NCBI GenBank assembly: GCA_048013815.1 | Contig: CM106586.1 | Location: 17,918,001-17,982,000, forward strand | DNA length: 64,000 nt | Direction of reading: 5' to 3' | Source: Setoptus koraiensis | Taxonomy: Eukaryota > Animalia > Arthropoda | In this document: piece after piece, positions 47,683 to 60,632 of the stretch | Position numbering within the stretch: the stretch's first letter is position 1 | How the letters are laid out: each line of letters begins with the position of its first letter | Notes under the pieces: generated by a model | Database searches by the model: none | Told to the model about the DNA's origin: nothing | The model's input: only the letters and a program-made list of their open reading frames with translations | Position numbers and translations under genes: made by a program

Positions 47683-50600
47683 TGTGATTGACAACAACAT
47701 CGTGTTGGTGACGCTATTGAATTCATTGACCGTAGTGGCCAATGGTTTTGGCCCGCAATTCCTGGCTGCAAGTTGCCGGGTGTGTGTGCCGCGCGCAAAA
47801 TCACATAATGTCCAACAGGTTTGTGTGAGCCTCCTGCAGACTGCAAGAGTTGCGGTGCACTTGTCGCGCGCGGCGCGCAATCGGTGCCAGGCTTGGGTGC
47901 GCTCGATGGCGCAACAATCCGCCAACTAGAGACACAATCTGTGCAGAAGTGTGTTGCTCGCAAACCAACAAACTGTGGAGGGCACCTAGTGCTGTACTAG
48001 GCTAGTACTAGGCTAGTAGCGTTGTCAGTTGATTGTGATCACTTTTTTGTGGACACCCCCAAGGCAAGAGTTACACTTGGCATTTGTTTGCATACTGCAA
48101 GCAACAATGTTTCAATGTTTTCAATGTTGTTGTTGAATTTCTCGAGTATAAATGAGTATAAAATAAATGTTACACTTGTCTGCTATTTTAGCTGCCAGTA
48201 TCACTACGCCACGACAATACAACGACGCTGCAACTATATATAAACTATACATAAACTGCAATGCTCAGGCAAGTGTAACTACACACAAAACCACCTTTAT
48301 CTATTAGATAATATCTAAACTTGTTCTCTCGACAAACTAACTTTTAAGCCTTCTTTATCTCACAATTGCCACCAATTTCGTCTATCGTTACTCGTCTATC
48401 GTTACGTATTGTGAGGCACACACACACACATCTTATATCCAGCGAGACGTTGTGTGTGCACTATCAGTGGTTAGCTGATGGCTGCAGCAGCAAGACAAGA
48501 CTCACATTGGCTTGTCGTGTTGTTGTTGTTGTCGTTGTTGCTGTTGCTGTTGCTGTTGTTGTTGTTGTCGTTGTTGCTGTCGTTGTCGTTGTTGTTGTCG
48601 TTGTCACAGCGACAAATACTGCGCTGCCGACTCACCAATTTGTATACATAATAGGCCTTGATAATATCATCATCGTGTAAACTTGTTAGTCGAAACAACT
48701 CTCCACTCTCCCCAGCCAATACGCCTGCTGACTCGCGGCTCGTGACACCCGATTCCATGACAAATCGTCGATTGTCAATCGAGCATCGCAACACCAACTG
48801 ACCAAATCAACGCCGCCAGACCACATCACCCTAGAAATGGCTCGCTTCGCAATGTTTGTCTAGACAACTTGAGTTTCTAACTAATTAATTGCAACTTGTC
48901 ATGGACGAAGCTACGAAGCATCTAAGGCCGTACCGTAATGCTGACAGACCCGGTGAACTAGATACATCAATTCTCACCAGATACAGCTTTCATCTTTGTA
49001 TAGCGGTACATTGTTGTGAGTCGCACAACAATGTATCGCTATGTAACTTGTGACTCATCCGTTAGATACTGGCACCGATAGTACCATTTGTATAACTCAC
49101 AAAGCAACACAATTTGTGGATTGTTTGGCGCGCAAACTCTGCATAGCAACTGCAAATGAACATTACTGCAAGTCATTTCCATCAGACAAGTCAGTCATAG
49201 GCGGCCAGTTTGGTCACGGCAGCACTATCACATACTGATATCACATACTGATATCACACATTGAGATGACACCATGACAAATCACCCCCAAATATGGCAA
49301 AGAATAGCCCTCTAGGCTGTCCTTCGCGAAGCTCGAATGCACGAACCAGGATCCTCCACTCAATGAGGAAAAGTTGCGCAATGACGTGTCGCATCTCGGG
49401 TTTCAATTTACTGTTTTTTCACTGCTTCACTCCCACAAACTTTCGCAAACGAACTTATCACCGCTAATTAACTACTTTGTGGGCTATTGTTATTGATCTG
49501 CGGAGTAAGAGCCACAAATTAATTGTACAGGTGCATAAGCTTCCTCTATGTGTGTCTGTGATAGTGATAGTGATACAAGTAAAATTTGAGCTAGAGTGAG
49601 AGATCAAAAATCACACCGTCACCGTTGAATCACCGTCTAGCTTGTTTATCATTAAAATCTATGATAATTCCAGTGCATTACAAGACGCATCGCATTGATA
49701 GGCATCTATTTGATGGCTATGCGATGATTTGTAGACGAAGATCCTTCACCATGAACAATAGTTTGAGAGATACCACAATAGAAGTATCGTCTTCATTCTT
49801 TGCACAAACAAATGAATCTTAGCGCCATTATAAATATAAATAGTAATTAATGCCGATATTTATTAACAATATCATTCATCTCAAGATGACTGAATACAAA
49901 ACAAACGTCAATCCCCAAACGAATAACTAGTGTAGTATACACAATTGTGACACAATTCCAGAGGAAACAACATGGCAATTGTTATCGATTTTAACAGCAT
50001 TTGTTATGTGTTTACTATTTCATCATCAATCAACTGGCAGTAGTAGTACTATTGGTATCTATTGGTATAGATATCATATTGATTTGGGTTGACTCACAAT
50101 ACTTTATAGATGTGTGTATATATAGACGAACAAGGCTACGTTTTGTTTTATTTGATGGTTGTGGTGAGTTGTCAATTTGATTGATCTTTTTGTCATATTT
50201 ACATTCGTATATCTGTATTCGACACTGTGTAAAATAGACCGCTTGCGTTTGTTTTTTGCGTGTCACTCAATGGGATGGTCTGCGATGCAGATATGCAAGA
50301 GATAAGAATATTCTTACATAACAAATTATGTTAGAACAAATAAATAATGATAATAAGAAATCATCATTCCATCATCTGATCTTTTGCGCTATTTCTCCCT
50401 GACAATTACTGATAAAGGTGCGACGGGTACGGTTGTTGGGCATCTTTCGAACCTGACGATAATCGTTAAAAAGATGACAGTGGGCGCTTCTTGAAAATTC
50501 CGGTGTGATGATCAAGTCAACAACATGACAACTGCACTAAATTTGGCAAAAACAACAACATATTCACAAAATTGTTCTAGGATAAGTCGCTCTGTAACAC

Positions 50601-52870
50601 ACTGGCTATATAATGTTAATATTGCTGTTACTTGATATTTTGTCTAAAGCTACCTAAATCAGAGCAGGCACTCTAGTTGCTAAAGTCTGGCAAGCCTCAC
50701 TCTGTCTGTCTCTGTTTGTTTGTTATTAGTCACCGAATGGAGAGGTTACCTTTTATCGTGTGCTAGATATATCTGATGGATATATCATCAAATATCATAC
50801 GTTTCGCGACTTACAGCAATTAGATATCAGCCTACAGCAGACAAGTTGCTGTTGTTGTTGATGTAATTATTGTCAGACTCTGCCAGAAACTGCCTTATTT
50901 TTTACATTATGATCACAACCATCAACAGTGACACACATTCTTCATTATCATTGTCAGTTATTACCAATATCGCCATCTAGCTAACCAACTGACAATGAGC
51001 GCCGGCCCATTCACAGTTGGCGCATCTTTTTTCCAACTTGTTTAATTTTTAATTTATTCTTTAATATTACATTTGTCGTTGACAAATGACGTCCACCATT
51101 GACGAATATATCTCGCCAACGCATTGACAATGCGGCATTGTGCTACATTCACCGGAAGTTGCCGTGCAATCGATCGTTGGAGGTCCCTGCATCACGTTAG
51201 CCAGATATATTACGTAACGCTAATTTTGGTGGTAGTTATTTGGGAGAGCCGACTGCGTAACCAGCTGACTGACCTAAATTTGTGTCACCTTTCATTAGAT
51301 TCAATCAACTAATCTATATCTTTAGATTTTTGTCTTTGTGCACTTTTGCTTTGACTTGTGCAGCAAGGATGGCTCTTTTATCAATATTATATCGAGCGAG
51401 GCAGCCTACTTTTCAAACTTTTTCTTCTTGCTTTAACACACACACACACACACATACACACATACATTATTTATTGTTGCCGTTGTTGCAAATATAGTTG
51501 CCTCAGACGACGATATACCATAGGCAATAACGAAGGTTGTTTTATATGTAGACTAAGCTAATATTACATAATGATAATAATAATAAATATAAAAAACAAC
51601 AAACATGATCGCAATGATTCATGGCCCATATAGTAGTAACCTTTAAAGATGTTCATGGCAGAAATATATATTTATATTATTGGTACATATATGCTTGCAA
51701 AAACATTGTAGTGTCGTAAACATAAAAATAGTGGCAACATGATGAGTTGTTGTTTCACTTACTGTTCGCTAACCGTTTGTTGTTGCTGTACAATTTCGGT
51801 AAAATATCTCGTTCTACTAGGACAGCGTTCTGTTTCTCGCTCGACAACATTACACAAGCGCCATGTCATGTCATGGGGTCTTGTGATGATGACGACACGA
51901 TTAATTTAACGGTTGATCTCAACAATAATTCAGCATTTTACTCAATTCATTAATGTTGTTGCACAATTGCGTCTTGATAGATCTGGACAGTGCCAAGCAT
52001 CATCATTGAGTCAGCTTATGAATTAGCAAATCTCGCTCTCTTGGTTACTGTGATGATTGATGTACACTCGTCCTCGGTTATTCCAATCAATGGGATGATA
52101 TCAATATGCATCTGATAATTAGATCGTAGGGAGGTTACGATCGTAGATCTTTTAAACTTTAATAACGAGAAATGTCACGATATTGGTCACAATATTGGTC
52201 ACACTTTTTTTCTCGTCAGCTGAAATTTTTCTTTTTCTTTAGTTTTCTGGAGATTTAAGAGAGTGAGGGAGAACAGGGGAGTAGAAAATCGATAGAACCT
52301 TCCCGACCTACGATCTCCCCGCCTTAGTCCACTGACTAAGGGGACACCAAGTATCATTTGCCAACAACTAACTTTGATGCAACTTGCTTGACCCCTTTCA
52401 ATGTCGTCACGTTGGCATCCACGAATACCGCATAAATCCAGCGGCCATGTCAACAAGCCATGTGGAAATAGCCCAATCATTTTTGAAATTGCTATTTTAT
52501 TTAGCCGGTGCCAAGTGTACCATTGACTAGTTTCGGCCGTTGCAAACAGATTTGCCCGACAGATAGCTCTTGAAGCACGTGCTTTCTTGATTTTTCAACG
52601 TTTTAGCCTTTCTTCAACCATTTCTGTCCTCTCGGAATCGCTGTCCCCCGTTCTGGTTAATCCGTCTGTGGCCAGAGATCAGCAAACAACGAACGGACGC
52701 ACGCTCGATTCAACCACAACCAGTCCAATCCAACTCATCTTGCAGAGTCATTCGGCAGTAGCACGCCATCGCTATTGTTTTAATTTTATTTTTGTAATTG
52801 TGTTTGTTGCCCTTATACCAACAATCTCATAATATTTATTATTTATTATGTTTTATTTTTCAGCTGGCTC

Positions 52871-53101
52871 ATGAAATCAACTAAGATGGACGGACACAAC
52901 AAAGAGCATCCAGTGAACAATGTCGAATCACTAAATAAAAAAATAAATGAACTCACCAGGACCAACACCATACTGAAAGCCAATATATCCACTCTGTATA
53001 AGACTGCTCGTGCTGAACTGGAAAGGAAAGACCAAAGATTGGCCGACATGCAAGCCGAAATCGATCATCTAATATTCAGAAGGCAGCAAAGAGGCAAATA
53101 G
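52871..53101 (+). CDS. FLASH/CASP8AP2-like N-terminal coiled-coil protein, only 76 aa
   Basis: NTILKANISTLYKTARAELERKDQRLADMQAEIDHLIFRR matches the FLASH N-terminal signature LKxNISxLxKTARxExxRKD, with a downstream FRR as in insect FLASH. An acceptor-like TTTTTTCAG lies at about 52855-52863. Confidence 0.75.
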   Translation: MKSTKMDGHNKEHPVNNVESLNKKINELTRTNTILKANISTLYKTARAELERKDQRLADMQAEIDHLIFRRQQRGK

Positions 53102-55524
53102 ATTTTATTGTATTCTAACCACCACATTCACCGCTGAATATGACTCCAATTTTGCAAGCGGGCAACGACAGTAATGAGGCGCATGAATATTCTTCGACCG
53201 ACTAAGGCTAGATACACCTGCAAAACATGACCTGATGACAATCAATGATAATCATCGGAATTGCTGAAACTGAAGCTACTTTGATACTGGCACCAAGGAT
53301 ATTGATATTGATTACCGAAAAAAATCGTAAGGAATTCATTGTTGTACCCACATGCATGCTACCTGTTGATATTCATTTATCCATCCATTACGGGCGCAAT
53401 GGTCACAGGGAAACAGCATGATCTAAACATGTGAAGATTAGAAGTAGTCATATAAATCTAAGATCTAAATCTACGCGAATTGCACTCGGGTAGCACCAAC
53501 TCGACGTCAATGATATTCTGTTTATAATGTTAATATTTGCCTCTTTTATCTAAATAAATATAGCTCATCCAAGTGTCAACTGTATACTGTGGACAGCTCT
53601 GCATGTAGTAGTCACCAGAGTCGCTGAATTGCTGTTCTGATGAATCTTGTCATAAGCGGAGGCATAGGATAGCCAAGCTGAATAGGACTGGAGTTTGTTA
53701 GAATGTGTCAGTGATTTTCACAGTCATCGAGCAATGATATTATCATTAATGTTTAATGGCGAAACGATCCTGTTGTCTTTTGATTGCCCTCCTGTAGTGG
53801 ACACGAACATCAAGATAAAGATATCCGAGTGATAATCAGTGTGCGTAGCACAACTTGACCCTTTCGATTAGATTATGGATTATACAAAAATCTCACAGGT
53901 TCTGAAGAGTCAGCCACATTTACAAAACAAGTTTTGATGTCTACCAGTGAACGGATACAAAAACTTGTCGGCGAGCCAGTCAATGTTGAGCCGATGCTTG
54001 CTGTGTCAGGCAAAAACAATCAATAGAAGAGATTGCTACTACATCACACTAATTGTAACCACGCCGCAAGTTATCTTGTTTTCTTGGTTGTTGTTCCGCT
54101 AAGGAACACACATACATTTGCGGTATTTGGCTGGCTAATTGCGGCTAATTGAGCAATTTTCCATCTTGCAACAATCTGCAGCTAATTATCTATGTGTGTT
54201 GCCAATCATGAAGTCTGCTATTCCTCGGCGTCGATTCAATCTCATCTCCAGATAACAGTGACATCTCTTAATATGTTGTGGCAGATCTTGATCTTGATGC
54301 CACCGAATGGCAACACTTAAATTTCATTCGTGCAAAGTGCCCACGAAATGCGTGTCCCTTCAATGTCTATGTATGATCCATACAAACTAGTTTTGGCACA
54401 ATGCTGAAATTGTACGTACATCGTGCGTGTTCCATGATGCAAGATAAAAGTTTTACATTCTCGTTCCGGTTGTGACGGTGGTGCCGTCGTTGCTGAAGTT
54501 AGCAATCAATCTGAAAGCAGTCGAAAGTTCCCGTAGGGCTCATAATAATAATGTCGCCTGGATGATACAAACAAAAGTGCTTTCCAGTCCGTGTAAACAT
54601 GCCCTTTGTTTGTATATTTCGCCTATTTGGTGTTAATATCCGTTCGAATGGCAATCATTTGGTGCATTGATAGTCCTGTTGAATTGTGTTAGCGACAAAT
54701 TCGTTTTGATTGGGTACCCATCACAAATCTTTGATTATGCAATATATACAGTTATTTGTGGAATAGAGCGTACATTTCACGTTGGAAGCGCTTTCTTATG
54801 TGTGAAGATGTGATCGCAAATGATAATGGAGCGCATTGTTTTACATTAGTTAGTTTGTAATCAACATTGGAGAGTCGCTGCCGGGTCAATGAATCTGAAC
54901 AGTCGCTGGCGTCATTGTTGTGCATAATAAAAAAGTAAATCAGATTGAACTTCCTACTTCATTGAAGAACTGTTTGCTCTCGTTTGTTGTTTAATAAACA
55001 TGTATAAAAGGATGTTATCCTCCCCTGTTTAATATACTCCATTTTATACAGTGAGTGATAGCGCAGTTGGCTAGGCTTCCTAAAATACTGAGGTTACAAC
55101 TCGATCTATCACTCATGTTGGATTGTTATAATTTATAGTGTGTCCTTATTGTTATTTGTTGCGCAACACACTTGACAACTTGACTTTTCTTCACTCGATG
55201 CCAGATAACGCACAGATTTAACGGCGATAGTCCAATGGCTTCAAATCACTGCAAACAATTGTCATCATCAACATCACTCAACAACTGTATATACAGATTG
55301 TGATTAGCAGCATTCTCCGTGGCACCATCTCACAATTGAATCTAACAGGATGAGTAAGTGCAACAGCAGACAAGAGTGAAAGTTTCGGCAGTCGCTAGCT
55401 AGCTAGTAACAGAGCTTCTCAATGTTCCTCTTAGCCCATCCAGAGGCTCTCTAGCCTGCCTCAAAGCCCAAATAAAGCAATTCAAGCCATTAGTCTGACT
55501 CATTGCTCGCACTTATATCTGCTG

Positions 55525-55814
55525 GGATATATATATTCACACATATATTAATATATATATATATATATATATTTGTATAAACATATCCACATGTATATGA
55601 GTGTGGTTTTTGAAGATACTTGGATGATTCATTCAAGAGCCAAAAATGGTAAGTGAATAGCTGTTGTTATTACATAACACTAAAGTAAGGCAACGAATTC
55701 GCCTTCTCTTATTATCTTCTTTCACTGAGCCATACATTAAGTCAAACGAAGTAATATATATATATATATATATATTTGCGTGTTGTATGAATGGAAGCTT
55801 TTATTGGCTCGTTA

Positions 55815-55847
<33 letters not shown>
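55525..55847. repeat. Cluster of three (TA)n microsatellites
   Basis: TA runs at about 55525-55572, 55752-55776 and 55818-55847. Confidence 0.9.
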
Positions 55848-55849
<2 letters not shown>

Positions 55850-55899
55850 GGAAAGTGATAGCAACAGCAGTATTAATAGTGGTGCTGATGGGTGAGCAG

Positions 55900-55909
55900 C
55901 CAAATATGG
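55900..55909. promoter_or_regulatory. Candidate CArG box (SRF site) upstream of the Mp20/myophilin gene
   Basis: CCAAATATGG fits CC(A/T)6GG, about 1.75 kb upstream of a transgelin-family ATG. A single 10-mer can occur by chance (another copy is at 49288). Confidence 0.25.
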
Positions 55910-57646
55910 TAAGATAGCAACCGGCAACTCACCAGAATTACTGTGCTCAAACAGTTAAAGAGTTGTAAAAGTAAGGAGCCTCGCGGCAAAAAGTTGTACT
56001 CGATCAAGCTATATTATGGCTACATCTACAATACATTGATTTGTTTCTTCATTTAACTACTTATTTCGTTTACTAGAGGCGCTGCAATTGTGGTCTCATG
56101 TTGTTAGTTGGTAGTGGATTAGGAGCATCTTCTTCGATGATCCTCTTACTGAGCACACACAATTATCCGTCTATCTGTCACATACATTGATTCTATCGCC
56201 GAAATGAAAGTGGGCCCCGAAAATTTGCCTGCTCATCTAACTAAAACTCAATAGAGATATCTGAGAGGTATAAAAGATGGCTGCTGATTTGATGATATGA
56301 CTGAGAAGAGACGGGAAAAATACCATTAAATCGTATAATAATAGTAATAAGTATAATCGGCGATGATGCCCGACACACTTGCAAACATGACATGATGATT
56401 GTTAATTACTACGTTGTATACATTACAGTGTTGTTGTATTGCAGTGTTGCAGTGTTGCTGTAGTGCCGTGTTGTTGTAGTAAATTACTACCAGTAATGCC
56501 GCTGTAAAGCGAAGTGAAAGTCACCCCTTCGTTTAATTCAATTATCTGCGGAGGCATTTACGGTGTGTATTGTAAATATATCTTTCTAGAGCATCTCTGT
56601 TAATGTGGCGGCCATAGTCAGCAAGCAAGTATACCAAAAACAACAACAGCGAAATTTGTTCTTGTGTGTTTATCTATCTTCTCTATTTCACCAAGACAGA
56701 TATTTATTTGTTTATTTGTTTGTTGATTGTCGAAGTGCCAGTCTTTGTGTAGGCGCATATATGACAAGCTAAAATGAGTCATATAGTTTTTCTTAAGTAA
56801 GCAAACAACTAGATTGATGACATCATGGTGATATCATAACATTGGCGCGCATGGTGCATAGCACTTTCTCTCGTCATCGTTATGCACCTTGATTTCAATT
56901 CTTCTCTTGATTTACGATCTATTACACTGAACTTGGAACTCTTAAAATACTTACTCGTTCGCTACTGTCGTGATGACTATCTCTCTGATGCAAACGCTGC
57001 ACTCACAATGAGCAATTTAACAGTTGGCCCTTAGACATTGAATTGAGTGAGCCAACTTTTTTCTTATCCCATCACAACTTGGCGAAATATGGCCTTTCAA
57101 GGGCCTCCGATCGACTTATTATCGACGATTTTCTGGTGGCAACGTTCGCATGTCATGCCTTATGTAACTTGTCTCTATACGTTTGAAGGCAACTAAGGTG
57201 ATTGTGTCGTATTGAGTGTGCGTACGCGAATACCTTGGCTCACTCATCGCTTATACAATGAGAGAAACTAACTCTTATCACTACTACTATTACTGCTACT
57301 ACTGGAACGAACCTATAGTTGAACGAAAGAAGCTAAATGAATAAAAGAAAACGCATTTGTGATGCAGCTTCAGCTTTGCTAATAACGATTCATGCAGAAA
57401 GATCCTAGATAAAGAGAAAGAGTAAGGGATGCAGTGGGGTTCTATCGAGGGCTAAGTCACATTCGTCAACTGGCAGCCTCGAGTAACAGATCTAACTAAA
57501 ACTTAGAACATCTAGTAGTCTCTTTGACTTTTGGTGCAACACAACAAGATAAAGTCTAGTTTGATCAAGTTAAACTAAATAGATCAACCGATCTAATAAC
57601 ATTATCAAAAGTTCTGAATAGAAATAAACAAACAAAACAAAAAACG

Positions 57647-58580
57647 ATGGCATCAAGAGGTCCAGCATATGGTCTTAGTGCCCAAGTGGCCAACAAGATT
57701 GCAGGAAAAAGAGATCCAGCCTTAGAGGCTGAAGTGTTGGCCTGGATAGAGGCAGTTTTAGGTGAAAAGTTACCTGCTGGCCCATTTGAGGATGTGTTAA
57801 AGGACGGACAAATCTTGTGCAGGTTAGTATAACTAATCATTGATTATTATTAAAGTTCAAACGACTTTGCTATCACGAAGATACTTATAAGCAACAAAAC
57901 ATCATCGTCTTCATTATTGTTTCGGCCAAACTAAAGACTTGTTTCTAAGCTATTGCCAGGCTCCGTGCCCAAGATCAACTCTTCCGGTGGACAATTCAAA
58001 TTAATGGAAAACATCAATCATTTTCAAACTGCTTGCTTAAAATACGGTGTGCCCGATGTCGACCTCTTCCAAACAGTTGACCTGTATGAAAAGAGAAATA
58101 TACCTGCCGTTACACAATGCATAATGGCATTAGGAAGAACTGTAAGTACTGTACAAATACTAACTCTGTATGAATAGAGATCATCTCAAGTTGTTCATCT
58201 AATGAAATTTTTCATATTGTTGCTGCGCTTGTCGCTTCGAAAACCATGCAAAACGATACAACGAAAATCAGTGCTATTTGCATCCTGAATTCAAAGGACC
58301 TTTCTTAGGACCAAAGGTGAGATATCGAACTAACAGATCGAGTCGCATATTTGCGACAGACTATTTTGATTGAAAAATCAATTCATTGCGACCTCTAAAA
58401 AGTCAACAATACTAATAATCATTACTTGCCCGCTTGTGTTTTTAGCCATCTGAGGAGAATAGGAGGGAATTTACTGATGAACAGCTTAAAGCTGGAGACA
58501 CTGTCATCAATCTTCAATATGGTACAAACAGAGGCGCAAACCAAAGTGGACAAAACTTTGGTAACACTAGACACATGTAA
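57647..58580 (+). CDS. Mp20: Myophilin / muscle protein 20 (transgelin-calponin family), 186 aa
   Basis: Exons 57647-57822, 57937-58141, 58272-58316 and 58446-58580. RGPAYGLS, LKDGQILCRL, MENINHF, DLFQTVDLYE, GPFLGPK and the calponin repeat INLQYGTNRGANQSG. Confidence 0.93.
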
Positions 58581-58904
58581 AACAATTGTACTTATCTTCA
58601 AGTTTGTTACGACGTTAATATTACAATTATGGACAAAACAAATACATCAAATAAGTCCACTTACATAATTGTAGATGTCATTAATTGTTTGCATGTCATG
58701 TTATTGTTGTCTGAGTTGTGCTTCCAATTCAGATTGTTGCGATATTCATCTAGATCGACCATAGTCACAAATACTGTCGCGATTCTAAATGCGATACAAA
58801 GACACGGCTCGATATAAAACATAGGCTACAAAAAACACACAATGACATTTGATCGACACAATAAAACATTTACAACTTAAAAGCATTTTAATCAATAGTA
58901 CCAG

Positions 58905-60632
58905 TCAGTCTTTTTTATCTCCTGATACAGATAAGTTACTATTCGTTACATCGGAGTTTTGTGGGGTATTCGCTGACGGTGCTGCTGCTTTCGACGCAGC
59001 TTCTTGCGCTTCGGAGTGGGACTTGACTTTCTCAAGGAATAGATACATTGATTTGATTGCACTAGATCTCACATTCGCCTCATTATCTACACACATGTGA
59101 CATAATGCTGGCATTATCCTGGTGGCACAGTCCTTGGGCTGAAACAAAGTTTCGTTTACTGTTATGGCCATTACAGCTGCAGAACGAGCCGGAGGAAATG
59201 GATCTCTCATTGATCTGATGAATGCCGGGATAAGAAATGTTTGTTGTTTCTGAGCATCCAAGAATTTAGCAATCTTTCCGAGACATATGGTTGTATTAGC
59301 TCTTATACCGCACTCTTGATCACTGACTTGCAAACGACCAAAATGTTTTAGTAATTCTTCATTCAGATTGTTATAGTTTAATTTAGGTGCCAGATGTAGC
59401 ATACTTTTCACAGTTTGTTCTCGTATTCTGAAATTAGAGTCAAGAAAACCCTGAGCCACTTGCGGAAAGATTTGTTCATTGATAATATTCGGTTGCATAT
59501 AATTTATGAATGTTTCCATCTGTTGTAAAAGCTTGGAGCGTGTTGCTCTATCTTTGCATGCAAACAATTTGATGATGCAAGGAACCAATTTTTTTTGATA
59601 GTCGTCACTGTCCAGCATTTTTCCGATCCTAAAGATAGGATTCAAAATTGTTGAGCCAGCATCGCCAAATTCATACGCATTCATCAACTCAGGCAGTATC
59701 TTATTCTTGCATATGTCTTCAGGGAACGATTCAAGCTCACCTTCTAACCTGTTGAAGAACTTGATTTTTTCGGTGGACTCTTTAATTTGTATTTCTTCGA
59801 GGAATAAAATTGTCTCTAGTAAGGGATTATTGAAGAATATATTGGCTGTTTTGCATTCTTTGATAAAATCCAATGGACTAATCCTGTGCCTTGGATTGCT
59901 TTGAACTAACTTATTATAATGAACACTCAATTGTCTAGGCATTTTTCCTACCGTTTTTACAGATGAAGTTGGAGTTAGAGGACCATTGAATGATTCCCAA
60001 ATGAGACAGCCCAAACCCCAACTATCGACGGCATGTTTAGGAGCAGAGACTTTCTTAGATTGGTCTAATCTCTCGGGGGGATTATATTTACTGCATAGAG
60101 TTGGTGTTTTGTAAGGAGGTAACTCATCGTGGGCACATACAGAGTCTAGGCCGCCTATTTTCCAAACACCCGAGCTATTGACAAAGATGGAGTTAATGTT
60201 AATGTTGTTGTGATTCAATGAACAATCATTTATGAGAAAATGCAACCCTTTGGCCACATTTGAGATACCATAAGAAACGGAGAATTCTCTCTGTTGTTGA
60301 GAATATTTGCTACTTGTTTCATCCAAGTATTGTTCCAAGGGCACGACGGCTTCAGTGACAATGCAAATGAATTTTTCTGTTTCAGTGGAATCGACATATT
60401 TCAAAAACGAAGGATGTCTCAAAGTCTTGAGGCGCTTCAATGAGGCGCGGGCACTTTCTAATAAGGGATCATTTGGTCCCCTGAAGTCTATCCTGAATAT
60501 AGAAAGATTTTCTCCGGTGCCCTTCTTTTTGGCTTTAAATAGGGTCCAAATGGACTTGGAATCAAACGAAGTGATGTGCTCACCGATATCGTAACCAAAG
60601 TCGGCGTGTGCGCTCCAAGAGAAGAGCCACAT
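58905..60632 (-). CDS. SCYL1: SCY1-like pseudokinase 1 (N-terminal kinase-like protein; yata), 575 aa, intronless
   Basis: LKRLKTLRHPSFLKY, VTEAVVPL, WKIGGLD, YNPPE, DSWGLGCLIWE, then HEAT repeats (KLFACKDRATRSKLL, REQTVKSM, IRANTTICLGKIA, MRDPFPPAR). Confidence 0.93.
   Translation of the reverse strand: MWLFSWSAHADFGYDIGEHITSFDSKSIWTLFKAKKKGTGENLSIFRIDFRGPNDPLLESARASLKRLKTLRHPSFLKYVDSTETEKFICIVTEAVVPLEQYLDETSSKYSQQQREFSVSYGISNVAKGLHFLINDCSLNHNNININSIFVNSSGVWKIGGLDSVCAHDELPPYKTPTLCSKYNPPERLDQSKKVSAPKHAVDSWGLGCLIWESFNGPLTPTSSVKTVGKMPRQLSVHYNKLVQSNPRHRISPLDFIKECKTANIFFNNPLLETILFLEEIQIKESTEKIKFFNRLEGELESFPEDICKNKILPELMNAYEFGDAGSTILNPIFRIGKMLDSDDYQKKLVPCIIKLFACKDRATRSKLLQQMETFINYMQPNIINEQIFPQVAQGFLDSNFRIREQTVKSMLHLAPKLNYNNLNEELLKHFGRLQVSDQECGIRANTTICLGKIAKFLDAQKQQTFLIPAFIRSMRDPFPPARSAAVMAITVNETLFQPKDCATRIMPALCHMCVDNEANVRSSAIKSMYLFLEKVKSHSEAQEAASKAAAPSANTPQNSDVTNSNLSVSGDKKD

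Noticed and set aside
53150-54650. Several 45-62-codon open stretches suggesting a decayed or micro-exon gene
   Set aside because: No recognisable motif and no consistent splice phases; these lengths are expected by chance at this base composition.
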